Positions 8,851 through 19,000 of a stretch of DNA of 64,000 bases are shown one piece after another. The notes beneath the pieces are model-generated. The model did no database searches and had not been told where the DNA came from. It saw nothing but the letters and a program-made list of their open reading frames with translations. How positions within the stretch are numbered: the stretch's first letter is position 1; every line of letters begins with the position of its first letter. The stretch covers positions 2,496,001 through 2,560,000 of the forward strand of contig OZ242010.1 in the NCBI GenBank assembly GCA_965204745.1, in the 5' to 3' direction. This stretch comes from Candidatus Latescibacterota bacterium (GTDB lineage Bacteria; Latescibacterota; UBA2968). Made by a program: the position numbers and the translations under genes.

Positions 8851-10044
8851 ATGGTGGAAAAGCGCGACAGGTATGCGCCCTGTTCGGGCACGCGGGCCGT
8901 TCACGCAGGGGAAGACTGCGACCACTGGGGACAGGCGTTGACCGTGCCCATCGCCCAAACATCGACCTATGTTTTTCGGGACTCAGGGGCCGTAAAGGCG
9001 TTTGTGGCCGGCGAGAACCGGCAGATCGACTACGGGCGTTACGGCAACCCCACGCAACATGTAGCGGAATGCAAACTCGCGGAATTGGAAGGCGCCGAGG
9101 CCGGGATCTTGTTTGCATCGGGCATGAGCGCGGTGACGACCACCTTGTTGGGCATGTTGTCGAGCGGGCAACATGCGGTGATCATGGACGACTGCTATCG
9201 CAAGACCGCGCAGTTCTGCGAGATGGTGTTGCGAAAATTTCGCATTGAAACGACATTTGTTCACGCGGGGGATTGCGCTGCAGTGGAAGGGGCCATTCGG
9301 AAGGAAACGCGGGTGATCATTTCCGAATCGCCGACCAACCCGCACCTCAATGTGATCGATTTGGAAAAGCTGGTGCAAATCGCAAAAAACCATCGGGTCA
9401 AGACGATCATCGACAGCACCTTTGCCACGCCGTTCAACCAGCGTCCGCTCGAATTTGGCGTGGACTTGGTCATCCATTCGGCGACCAAATACTTGGGCGG
9501 GCACAATGATTTGATGGCCGGCATCGTGCTCGGCAGCGCGCCATTGGTCGGTGCGATAAGGGATTATCGAGGCATTTTGGGCGGGGTGATCGACCCGCAT
9601 TGCGCGTATTTGCTGATCCGAGGGATCAAGACCTTTCCGCTGCGGATGGGCAGGCAAAACGAGACCGCGTTGCGGTTGGCGCGGTTTTTGGAACGACACG
9701 CACGGGTCAAGCGCGTGTATTATCCCGGCTTGGAGAGCCACCCGCACTACGATGTGGCCCAAGCGCAGATGCGCGGGTTTGGCGGGTTGGTGAGTTTTGA
9801 TTTGGACGCGGATGAGGCCGGCACGTTATCTTTTATCGACCGCTTGCAAATCCCGCGGATCGGCGCGAGCCTCGGCGGCGTGGAGAGCTTGGTGTCGCAT
9901 CCGGCGTCGATTTCGTATTACGAGTTGGCACGCGAAGACCGATTGGCGATTGGCATTGCGGACGAGTTGGTGCGCTATGCGGTGGGGATTGAAGATGCCG
10001 AGGATATTATACGCGATGTGGGGCAGGCACTCGACGCGGTTTGA
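8851..10044 (+). CDS. metB: Cystathionine gamma-synthase family PLP enzyme (plant-like)
   Basis: YGRYGNPT, ASGM, ESPTNP, HSATKYLGGHND, SLGGVESL. Confidence 0.8.
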   Translation: MVEKRDRYAPCSGTRAVHAGEDCDHWGQALTVPIAQTSTYVFRDSGAVKAFVAGENRQIDYGRYGNPTQHVAECKLAELEGAEAGILFASGMSAVTTTLLGMLSSGQHAVIMDDCYRKTAQFCEMVLRKFRIETTFVHAGDCAAVEGAIRKETRVIISESPTNPHLNVIDLEKLVQIAKNHRVKTIIDSTFATPFNQRPLEFGVDLVIHSATKYLGGHNDLMAGIVLGSAPLVGAIRDYRGILGGVIDPHCAYLLIRGIKTFPLRMGRQNETALRLARFLERHARVKRVYYPGLESHPHYDVAQAQMRGFGGLVSFDLDADEAGTLSFIDRLQIPRIGASLGGVESLVSHPASISYYELAREDRLAIGIADELVRYAVGIEDAEDIIRDVGQALDAV

Positions 10045-10048
10045 TGAT

Positions 10049-10108
10049 AGCCACAAAAGGCACGAGCGGGGTACAACTGGGCGACAGCCAGTTCAAAGGC
10101 ACAAAAGG
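10049..10108 (+). repeat. AGCCACAAAAGGCAC-type short repeat carrying a 31-nt GTAC hairpin element
   Basis: Related copies at 44489-44583 and, reverse, 51133-51213 and 42857-43003. Confidence 0.8.
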
Positions 10109-10281
10109 CAAATTGGATGTGCTTCTAATTTTTCAAATCCGTTTCTCGGTACTGGGCTCCGGCGTTGGTTACGCTTGCGCGTGCGGCGGGGTAATACCAA
10201 ATTGAATTGCTATTGTCCTGATGTGATGCGATCTGCTACTGGTCCCTGATCCTCTTGAGGTTACACAGTCATTTAGAGAAG

Positions 10282-10637
10282 CCATGGCAACCATGCCATC
10301 GCAAACGACCATCAGCTAAAGCCATCACGCACAGCGCGCAAGTCCGTCTCGCAACCAACATCCATGATGCAACCCACTTTACAGGCTGGCGCATATTGTG
10401 CTGTTACAAAAGCGCTTTGCGCTGTGCAAGCCCCTCGGCGTTTGAGAGCGGCATTTTTGAACTGCTAGGGCAGTTGTACCCCGCTCGCTTACTTTTTTTT
10501 GCTGTTGAAAAAAAGTAAGTCGCCGAAGGCATCGGAGGCAACCAACGAGGTTGTAGGACTAAACGCCTTAAATGAGCAAGCAACACATTTGCTAATCTGT
10601 GCCTAACGTCAAAAAAATAAAATGTCAACACGACCTA
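10282..10637 (+). mobile_element. MITE-like non-coding element, partial copy
   Basis: About 280 bp homologous to reverse complement of 56702-56960; ends AAATGTCAACACGACCTA. Confidence 0.8.
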
Positions 10638-10717
10638 ATCCGTTTCTCGATCCTGGACTCCGGCGTTGGTTACGCTTGTGCGTGCGGCGGAGTAAGCAAG
10701 TTTTTTGAAAGGCCACT

Positions 10718-11440
10718 ATGTTTGGCATTCTTTTGATTCACGCGATTCGCAACCTGTTTCAGACGCCGCGCTGGTGGTGGGCGATGATTCCCGGGGGTGC
10801 GTTGAATATGTTGTTCGCGCAGGTCTTAATGCTGATTTTTGATGAGGAAATTGAACTTGAGGCATGGGCCGTGTTGTTCTTGGGAAGCCTTGGATTGTCG
10901 GTCATCGCTTGGGGGTATGTGTATCGGATTTTTGTCGACGCGCTCAACGGGGCAGAGTCGCTGGTCTTGCCCTCGTGGCGCGATTGGTGGACGTATTGGC
11001 TGGCGGGATTCTATTTGCTCCCCATTGCGATGGGCTACTCGGTGATCGTCATCGCTTGGCTTTCGATGATGATTTCGATATTGGGCTTGAAGATGGCGGT
11101 GATTCCGCTGCTGCTCACGCTGATCTTTTACAATGGGTTTCTCCCTATCGCGTTTGCGCGATTTGCCGCAAAGGGGCGCGTGTGGATGGCGTTTGAGCCG
11201 GGGCCGATTTGGCAGGACATCCGCAGAATTGTGCGCGGCGACTACGTGCAGACGTGTTTTGGACTGTTTGGCTTTTCGATCCTCGGCAATATGATATTGA
11301 GCTATTTGCCGTGGGGAGGCTTGGCATTGGCCTCGACGTATAATTTTGTGCTCATGGTGATTTTTGCGCGGATTTTCGGCTCGCTGATTCGCAACGCGCT
11401 CAGAGAGGACGCGCCGCGTTCAATCGACAGGTGGCAATAA
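10718..11440 (+). CDS. DUF4013-like multi-pass membrane protein
   Basis: GYVYRIF...LPSWRDW motif, several TM helices. Confidence 0.7.
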   Translation: MFGILLIHAIRNLFQTPRWWWAMIPGGALNMLFAQVLMLIFDEEIELEAWAVLFLGSLGLSVIAWGYVYRIFVDALNGAESLVLPSWRDWWTYWLAGFYLLPIAMGYSVIVIAWLSMMISILGLKMAVIPLLLTLIFYNGFLPIAFARFAAKGRVWMAFEPGPIWQDIRRIVRGDYVQTCFGLFGFSILGNMILSYLPWGGLALASTYNFVLMVIFARIFGSLIRNALREDAPRSIDRWQ

Positions 11441-11494
11441 AAAAGCCGGACATTCCCATGGGGAACGCCCGGCGGTTGGCTGTGCGAGATGCGG

Positions 11495-12409
11495 TTAGAC
11501 CTGCGCCCAGGCCAGATCGAGCACGCGCTTGGCATTGGCGATAATGACTTCTGGCGATTCCCCCTCCATTGGGGAAACCTCGAAACTCAAGATGGGGCGT
11601 TTATCGGGGTCGAGATAGCCGATGTTGTGCAACTCGCGGAGAAATTCCACGACTTCGGGCACGTCATTTTCCCCGTCTTTGCAGCCAAAGCGCGGGTGAT
11701 TGTCGCCATAAGCCGGGTGATCGGGGTTGGACATCACGCAGTTGCCGACGTGCATGTGGACGATGTGATCGCGCGCGAGGTTGAGGGCGTAAACCGCGTC
11801 TTCGCCCTGCAAGGGGAAATGGCTCAAATCGAGCATCAGCCCGAAATTGGGATATTGCCGCCGGAGGCACTGCGAGACTTCGACCGCGAGGGCGTTGGGG
11901 CCAATGATGCAATTTTTGCCATAAGGCACGCGGTCAAATGTTTCGAGGACGATATCCATCCCCTTTTCGCCTGCGTAATCGCAGAGTTGGCTCAAAGAAT
12001 CGATCAGCAACTCGAGGCCTTCTTCGCGGGCCTCGTCCCCGGGGTCGGCGCCGGACAGCAGGGCGCATCCGGGCGCGCCGAGTTCTTCGGCTTGGTCGAT
12101 ACCCGCTTTGACCGCGTCGACCGCGCTTTGGCGATGTGCCGCAGCCGGCGAGTTGATGTTGAGTTGGTTGACCAGCAAAATGGGTTGCGCGCCAAATGCC
12201 ACGTCCATGTGGGCCGCGGCGAGCAGATCGCGTGCCTGCGCCCGCACTTGCGGATCTTTCATGTGCGTGACTTCCACGACTTGGAAATAGGGATCGGTGG
12301 CGATTTTTTCCAGGGTTTCGACAATGGGGCCTTCGCCGCCAATACAGGCTTTGTAGGCCATGAAGTGAACGATGCCAATGCGCGCGTAGTGTTGAATGGG
12401 GTCGGTCAT
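11495..12409 (-). CDS. Sugar phosphate isomerase/epimerase (xylose isomerase-like TIM barrel)
   Basis: IVLETFD, LMLDLSH, HMHVGN, SFEV metal-binding pattern; AAAGGAG SD. Confidence 0.85.
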   Translation of the reverse strand: MTDPIQHYARIGIVHFMAYKACIGGEGPIVETLEKIATDPYFQVVEVTHMKDPQVRAQARDLLAAAHMDVAFGAQPILLVNQLNINSPAAAHRQSAVDAVKAGIDQAEELGAPGCALLSGADPGDEAREEGLELLIDSLSQLCDYAGEKGMDIVLETFDRVPYGKNCIIGPNALAVEVSQCLRRQYPNFGLMLDLSHFPLQGEDAVYALNLARDHIVHMHVGNCVMSNPDHPAYGDNHPRFGCKDGENDVPEVVEFLRELHNIGYLDPDKRPILSFEVSPMEGESPEVIIANAKRVLDLAWAQV

Positions 12410-12514
12410 TGCGGCGGGTGCTCCTTTCGTATCGGAGGGATGGGAACTGCGAAAATTGGACTCGGAAAATAGCAAAGGCGGGCGGGTTTGTCAAGGTATT
12501 GCGCGATTTTGGCC

Positions 12515-12543
12515 TTGACTATCTGTATCCCTTCTGGTATTTT
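12515..12543 (+). promoter_or_regulatory. Sigma70-like promoter upstream of tRNA-Tyr
   Basis: TTGACT-17 bp-TATTTT. Confidence 0.5.
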
Positions 12544-12559
12544 TTACGCCCGATAGGTT

Positions 12560-12645
12560 GGGGGGTTACCAAAGCGGTCAACTGGGGCAGACTGTAAATC
12601 TGTTGGCTCATGCCTTCGGTGGTTCGAATCCGCCACCCCCCACCA
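12560..12645 (+). tRNA. tRNA-Tyr(GTA)
   Basis: Cloverleaf, anticodon loop CTGTAAA, long variable arm, TTCGAAT, CCA end. Confidence 0.95.
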
Positions 12646-12689
12646 TCACTTTCCACAAGGGGCGGCGCGTCCTGCGTTGCAAAATTCTC

Positions 12690-12718
12690 TTGACCTTAGA
12701 CCACCTTTTTCCTATCTT
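12690..12718 (+). promoter_or_regulatory. Sigma70-like promoter upstream of tRNA-Gly
   Basis: TTGACC-17 bp-TATCTT. Confidence 0.5.
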
Positions 12719-12796
12719 CCCAATTCTCAAAAATTCCCTTTGGGCAAAACAGACCCCTTTTTCAGAAAAAGGGTTGTTTTTTATGTAATTAGTCGA

Positions 12797-12873
12797 GCGG
12801 GAATAGCTCAGTTGGCCAGAGCGTCAGCCTTCCAAGCTGAGGGTCGCGGGTTCGAGTCCCGTTTCCCGCTCCA
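12797..12873 (+). tRNA. tRNA-Gly(TCC)
   Basis: GCGGGAA acceptor, CTTCCAA loop, CCA end. Confidence 0.96.
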
Positions 12874-12895
12874 ACCATCCCGCGAGGAGTTCAAC

Positions 12896-12971
<76 letters not shown>

Positions 12972-12981
12972 TTTTTTGGGT

Positions 12982-13057
12982 AGGCTAGTAGCTCAACTGG
13001 TAGAGCGTCGGTCTCCAAAACCGGTGGTTGCGGGTTCAAGTCCTGCCTAGCCTGCCA
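12982..13057 (+). tRNA. tRNA-Trp(CCA)
   Basis: AGGCTAG acceptor, CTCCAAA loop, CCA end; precedes secE. Confidence 0.96.
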
Positions 13058-13070
13058 TTTTTATGCGATT

Positions 13071-13256
13071 ATGTTCAGCAAAATCAGTCAATTTATCGGC
13101 GACGTGCGCGTTGAGATGGGCAAGGTCACTTGGCCGACGCGCGAAGAACTCAAAACATCGACCGCCATTGTACTCGCGCTGTCGTTAGCACTGGCTGTGT
13201 TCATTTATATCGTCGACACTTTCTTGGCCGGCATCATGGAGTTCATCCTGATTTAG
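13071..13256 (+). CDS. secE: Preprotein translocase subunit SecE
   Basis: EMGKVTWPTREE motif, synteny. Confidence 0.95.
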   Translation: MFSKISQFIGDVRVEMGKVTWPTREELKTSTAIVLALSLALAVFIYIVDTFLAGIMEFILI

Positions 13257-13284
13257 CGGGATTTTTTGCGGAGATCGTTACCCG

Positions 13285-13821
13285 ATGAAATGGTATGTGG
13301 TCCACACCTATTCTGGGCACGAGAACAAGGTCAAGAGCTATATTGAGGCCGCCAAGGAAAACGTCGATGTCGGCGACAAAATCGGTCGGGTGATCGTGCC
13401 GACCGAGGAAGTGGTCGAGATGAAGGACGGGCGGAAAACGACCTCGCTCAAGAAGTTCTTGCCCAGCTATCTTTTGGTCGAACTCGATATGGACAAAGAG
13501 TCCCTCTATTTTGTGACCAGTGTGCCGGGGGTGACGAGCTTTGTGGGCCCGGGCCGCAGGCCACAGCCTTTGCGCGAAGAGGAAGTGAACCGCATTTTGG
13601 GGCAAATTGAGCGGCGCCCGGTCGAGGAAACCTCGGATGTGCCCTACCAAGTGGGCGACAGGGTCAAGGTGATCGACGGGCCGTTCAGCGATTTTATCGG
13701 GCTAGTCGATGATATCAATCCGGAAAAGAGCAAGATCAAGGTGATGGTGAGCATCTTCGGGCGCAATACGCCGGTGGAATTGGATGTGTTGCAAGTCGAA
13801 GAAGCGGTTGAAGCGCGATAA
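13285..13821 (+). CDS. nusG: Transcription termination/antitermination factor NusG
   Basis: KWYVVHTYSGHENKVK, KOW motif. Confidence 0.98.
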   Translation: MKWYVVHTYSGHENKVKSYIEAAKENVDVGDKIGRVIVPTEEVVEMKDGRKTTSLKKFLPSYLLVELDMDKESLYFVTSVPGVTSFVGPGRRPQPLREEEVNRILGQIERRPVEETSDVPYQVGDRVKVIDGPFSDFIGLVDDINPEKSKIKVMVSIFGRNTPVELDVLQVEEAVEAR

Positions 13822-13833
13822 CGAGAGGCGGCA

Positions 13834-14259
13834 ATGGCGAGAAAAATTCTCACGACAATCAAGTTGCAAATTCCCGCAGGACATGCCACGCCGACGCCCC
13901 CGGTCGGTCCGGCTTTGGGGCAGCACGGCGTGAATATCATGGAGTTTTGCAAGGCGTTTAACGCCCAAACGCAGGACAAACAGGGGTTGATCATTCCCGC
14001 GATTATTACGGTATATGCGGATCGGAGCTTTTCCTTTGAACTCAAAAGCCCGCCCGCGGCCGTGTTGCTCAAACGCGCGGCCGGGATCGCCAAAGGGTCG
14101 GCGGAGTCCAACCGCGACAAAGTCGGGTCCGTGACAGATGACCAACTTCGGGAAATTGCAGAGATGAAAGTTCAAGACCTCAACGCGGCCAGTGTAGATG
14201 CCGCCAAGCGCATGATTGCGGGCACGGCGCGCAGCATGGGCCTCACTGTTGAAAATTGA
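13834..14259 (+). CDS. rplK: 50S ribosomal protein L11
   Basis: [22 protein letters not shown]. Confidence 0.98.
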   Translation: MARKILTTIKLQIPAGHATPTPPVGPALGQHGVNIMEFCKAFNAQTQDKQGLIIPAIITVYADRSFSFELKSPPAAVLLKRAAGIAKGSAESNRDKVGSVTDDQLREIAEMKVQDLNAASVDAAKRMIAGTARSMGLTVEN

Positions 14260-14270
14260 CCGGAGGGAGT

Positions 14271-14972
14271 ATGGCACGGAAGCAATCCAAACGCTACAAA
14301 CAAGCGGCCGAGCTTTTCGACCGGCAAACGCATTACAACTTGGCCGAAGCGGTTGATATATTGAAGCAAATGCCCACGCGGAAATTCGACGAAACCGTCG
14401 AACTCGCGTTTCGCCTCGGCGTCGATCCCCGGCAGGCGGACCAACTCGTGCGCGGCACGGTCGTCTTGCCCCACGGCTTGGGAAAATCCGTGCGCGTTGC
14501 GGTTTTTGCCAAGGGCGAGGCCGCTACCGAGGCCGAAGCTGTGGGCGCGGATTTCGTGGGCGCGGAAGACCTCGTGGAGAGGATCAATGGCGGGTGGACG
14601 GATTTTGACGTGGCGATAGCCACGCCCGATATGATGGGGCAGGTCGGGCGGTTGGGGCGCATCCTCGGCCCGCGCGGGCTGATGCCCAATCCCAAGAGCG
14701 GCACGATGACGCCCGATGCCGCACGGGCGGTGCGCGAGGCCAAAGCGGGGCGCGTGGAGTATCGGGTCGATAGGACGGCCAATGTGCATACGCCGGTGGG
14801 CAAGGCGTCTTTCGACGCGCGACGTCTGCGGGAAAATGCACAGGCGTTGATCGATGCGATTGTGCGGGCGCGGCCATCTGCGGCAAAAGGGCAATACATG
14901 CGCTCGGTCACGCTATCGACCACGATGGGGCCGGGCATTCGCCTAGACCGCACGGCACTATCGGTCAATTGA
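14271..14972 (+). CDS. rplA: 50S ribosomal protein L1
   Basis: [18 protein letters not shown]. Confidence 0.98.
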   Translation: MARKQSKRYKQAAELFDRQTHYNLAEAVDILKQMPTRKFDETVELAFRLGVDPRQADQLVRGTVVLPHGLGKSVRVAVFAKGEAATEAEAVGADFVGAEDLVERINGGWTDFDVAIATPDMMGQVGRLGRILGPRGLMPNPKSGTMTPDAARAVREAKAGRVEYRVDRTANVHTPVGKASFDARRLRENAQALIDAIVRARPSAAKGQYMRSVTLSTTMGPGIRLDRTALSVN

Positions 14973-15001
14973 CGAGAGATGGACATTTAGGCGAACAGCG
15001 C

Positions 15002-15026
15002 GTAGGGGCGATGCCCCGTGCTCGCC
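15002..15026 (+). repeat. GTAG-family REP
   Basis: GTAGGGGCGATGCCCCGTGCTCGCC; reverse copies at 42702-42728 and 42809-42835. Confidence 0.7.
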
Positions 15027-15047
15027 AAAAATACGAGAGGTGCGGAG

Positions 15048-15581
15048 ATGCCAACTGCTGAAAAAGAGGCTGTTGTCGCGGAGTTGACAGATGTCTTAAA
15101 ACGGGCCAACGGGGTGTATTTGACCGATTTCACCGGGTTGGACGTGCCCGCGTTTACCCTGTTGCGGAAGCAACTCCGCGAAGAGTCGATTTCCTACCGG
15201 GTGATCAAAAATCGGTTGGGCAAATTGGCGATTCAACGCGCGGGGCTCGAGGGGCTCGACGAGGCGTTGCGCGGGCCTACGGGCTTGGTTTGCGCGGATG
15301 AAGACCCGGTCGCGCCGGCGCGCGTGTTGTCCAAATTCGCCGAAGAAGGCGATGGCAAGCCCGCGATTAAAGCCGGGTATGTCGATGGCGATATTTTTGT
15401 CGATGACCAAATCGAAAGGCTGGCCCAAATCCCGCCGCGCGATGTTCTGCTAGGGCAGATGGTTTCGGCCATGCAAAGTCCGATCAGTGGCCTCGCGTTC
15501 ACGCTGAATGGCATTTTGCAAAAACTCGTGGGCACATTGCAGGCCGTCGCAGAAAAGAAACAGGAAGGGGGCGGCGAATAG
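15048..15581 (+). CDS. rplJ: 50S ribosomal protein L10
   Basis: YRVIKNRL, synteny. Confidence 0.96.
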   Translation: MPTAEKEAVVAELTDVLKRANGVYLTDFTGLDVPAFTLLRKQLREESISYRVIKNRLGKLAIQRAGLEGLDEALRGPTGLVCADEDPVAPARVLSKFAEEGDGKPAIKAGYVDGDIFVDDQIERLAQIPPRDVLLGQMVSAMQSPISGLAFTLNGILQKLVGTLQAVAEKKQEGGGE

Positions 15582-15624
15582 GCCGCTCGCAACAATCCCA
15601 ATTCATTGCTGGATGGAGGCGTTC

Positions 15625-15999
15625 ATGGCTGTTGATTCCATTATTGCGGAAATTGAAAAGCTCTCGGTGCTCGAGTTGGCCGAATTGGTCAAAGCACTCG
15701 AGGAGAAGTTTGGCGTGACAGCACAGGCCGCGGTCGTTGCCGCGCCCGGTGGTGGCGGGGGTGAAGCCGCGCCCGAAGTTGAAGAGCAGACCGAATTTGA
15801 CGTGATTTTGTCGTCTCCCGGCGACAAGAAAATCCAAGTGATCAAGGTCGTCCGCAGCATCACCTCGTTGGGCCTCAGAGAGGCCAAGGCCCTGGTGGAT
15901 GGGGCGCCCAATCCCGTCAAAGAAGGCGTGGAGAAGGACGAAGCCGAACAGATCAAGGCAGAACTGGAAGAAGCCGGTGCGGTGGTGGAACTCAAGTAG
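15625..15999 (+). CDS. rplL: 50S ribosomal protein L7/L12
   Basis: [25 protein letters not shown]. Confidence 0.98.
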   Translation: MAVDSIIAEIEKLSVLELAELVKALEEKFGVTAQAAVVAAPGGGGGEAAPEVEEQTEFDVILSSPGDKKIQVIKVVRSITSLGLREAKALVDGAPNPVKEGVEKDEAEQIKAELEEAGAVVELK

Positions 16000-16060
16000 G
16001 GTGTTTTGCAGCACGAATCCGTAACTGACCCTTAGCCTTCCAGCACAGGAGCGTGATCAC

Positions 16061-19000
16061 TTGGCAGATCGAGGATTTATCAACCGGAAATCGTACGGAA
16101 CACTCACGTCTGCAATCGAAATGCCCAATCTGTTGGATATCCAACTGGATTCCTACGACTGGTTTTTGCAGAAGAATACACCGCCTGGCGCGCGCGAGAA
16201 ACAGGGCCTCCAGGCGGTCTTCCATAGTATCTTTCCGATTTCGGACGCGCACAATCTCTATTCGCTGGAGTTTGTCGATTATTCCGTTGGCACGCCCAAA
16301 TACGACGTGCAAGAATGTCTCGAACGCGGGACCACTTATGCCGTGCCCCTGCGTTCAACGCTGCGTTTGATTTCCCGGGAAAAGCAGGGAAATGGCGAGG
16401 TTCGCGTGAAAGACATCGTGGAGCAAGCCGTGTTCTTGGGCGAGTTGCCCCTCATGACCGCTGAAGGCACATTTGTCATCAATGGTTCAGAGCGCGTGAT
16501 CGTCAGCCAGTTGCACCGGTCGCCCGGGGTGTTTTTCGACGATACCATTCACCCCAATGGCAAGCGTTTGTTTTCCGCGCGCATCATCCCGGACAATGGG
16601 GCGTGGATCGAATTTAGCCTCGATATCAACGACATTATGTACGTGCATATCGACCGCAAGCGCAAATTGCCGGTGACGACCTTGTTGCGCGCACTGGGCT
16701 TTGACAAGTCCGAGGAAATTTTGGGGATTTTCCACGGCGATGTCGCGGTCAAAGTCAGCGAAGAACTCATCGGTCGCATCGCCACCGAAGATGTCATCGA
16801 CAAAAAAACCGGCGAGGTGATCGTCGAAGCCTATACCACGTTAGAGGAAGAACATCTCGTAGCCCTTCGGGAACGTCAAATCCGCAACATCGCCGCGATG
16901 GATATCGATCCGGAGAACGACGGCGGGATTATTGCCAATACTTTGGCAAAAGACCCGTGCGACAGCGAAGAGGAGGCACTCTCGCGGATTTACAGCTTGT
17001 TGCGGCCTGGGGACCCGCCCAATATCGAAACCGCGCGGGGGTTGCTCGAGCGGCACTTTTTCAGCCCTAGGCGGTATCAACTCGGCGCGGTCGGGCGCTA
17101 CCGCATCAATCAGCGTCTCGATATGATCGATCACATTCCCCTCGATTTTACCATGCTCTGCATCGATGACTTTATCAAGGTTATCGAATACCTGATCGAG
17201 TTGGCTATGGGAGAAGGATTTACCGACGATATCGATCACTTGGGCAATCGCAGGGTGCGCTCGGTGGGCGAGTTGCTCTCGAAGCAATTCAGCATTGGTT
17301 TGGCGCGCATGGCGCGCACGATTAGAGAGCGCATGAGTTTGCGCGATTCCGAGCAGTTGACCCCCCACGACTTGGTCAATGCGCGCACGGTTTCCACGGT
17401 GATTCAGGCGTTTTTTGGCAGCAGCCAGTTGTCGCAGTTTTTGCAGCAGATCAACCCCTTGGACGAACTGACGCACAAGCGCCGGTTGTCCGCGCTAGGG
17501 CCAGGGGGCTTGACGCGCGACCGCGCCGGGTTTGAGGTGCGCGATGTCCACCACACGCACTACGGGCGCATCTGCCCCATCGAAACGCCCGAGGGGCCGA
17601 ATATCGGCCTGATCGTGTCTGTGGCGACTTATGCCAAAGTCAATCCCTTTGGGTTTCTCGAAACGCCTTACCGGGTGGTCGAAAATGGCAAAGTAACCGA
17701 GGAAATTGCGTATTTGCCCGCCGATGAAGAAGACCGCCACACCATCGCGCAGGCCAATCTGATGCTCGAGGAGGATGGCGCGTTTGAAAACAATGTGGTA
17801 CAGGCGCGGCGACGGGGCGATTTTCCCGTGGTCGATCCCGAAGCACTCGACTACATGGACGTTTCGCCTTTCCAACTCGTCAGCGCGGCGGCCGGGCTGA
17901 TTCCGTTTCTCGAGCACGACGAGGCCAACCGCGCGTTGATGGGGTCGAATATGCAGCGGCAAGGCGTGCCCCTCCTCATCACGGACGCGCCGCGCGTGGG
18001 GACGGGCCTCGAGCGCAAGGTCGCCACGGATTCAAAGGCGGTGGTCGTTGCGAAAAACGCCGGCGCGGTGACGTATGTCAGCGCGAGCAAAATCGTCGTC
18101 AAGCGCAAAAAGAGCCGCAGCATTGAAATGCTTTCCCTGTCCGATGAGGACGTGTACGAACTGACCAAGTTCAAGCGGTCCAATCAGGATTTTTGCATTA
18201 ACCAGCACCCGGTCGTGCAGGTCGGCGACAAGGTCGAGGAAGGGCATTTGTTGGCCGATGGATGCGCCACGGACAAGGGCGATCTCGCACTCGGCGCGAA
18301 TGTGCTCGTGGCATTTATGTCGTGGCACGGGTACAATTTTGAGGATGCGATTATCGTTTCTGAACGCCTGATCAAGAAGGATATTTTCACGTCGGTGAGC
18401 ATCGAGGAATTCGAGCTTCAGGTGCGCGATACCAAGCGCGGCACCGAGGAAATCACGCGCGAGATTCCCAATGTGAGCGAGCAGGCGGTTCGCAATCTGG
18501 ACGAGCACGGCATTATTCGCATCGGCGCGGAAGTGAACCAGGGCGATATTCTCGTGGGCAAAGTGACCCCAAAGGGCGAGACCGAGTTGTCGCCCGAAGA
18601 GCGGTTGTTGCGCGCGATTTTCGGCGAGAAAGCCGGCGATGTGCGCGACGCCTCGCTCAAAGCCCCGCCGGGCATGGATGGCGTGGTGATGGATCGCAAG
18701 GTTTTTTCCCGCAAGGAGCGCGACGAAAAGACGAAAAAAGAAGACCGCGAAAGGACCCGAGCCGCGAGAAAGCACGCTGCGGAAAAGATCGCGTCCTTGA
18801 AGGAGAGGCGGGATCAGCGGGTTTTGGAGTTGCTCAAAAACCGCGCGGTCAATACGCTTCGCAGCATCGAAGACGATTCGGTGATCGTGCAGGGCGGAGG
18901 CGCGTTGACCGCAAAAACGCTGGAAAAATTCGACTTGCGCGACCTCCGCCCGGATGACAAGTGGTGCGACAGCCCCGCGACGAGCCAAAAGGTGGATCGC

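Noticed and set aside
10255-10631. Short ORFs shared between 10.3 kb, 56.7 kb and 75-263
   Set aside because: They are translations of the MITE; frames differ between copies
11489-12472. 327-aa plus-strand ORF
   Set aside because: Antisense to the TIM-barrel gene, which has the SD and motifs
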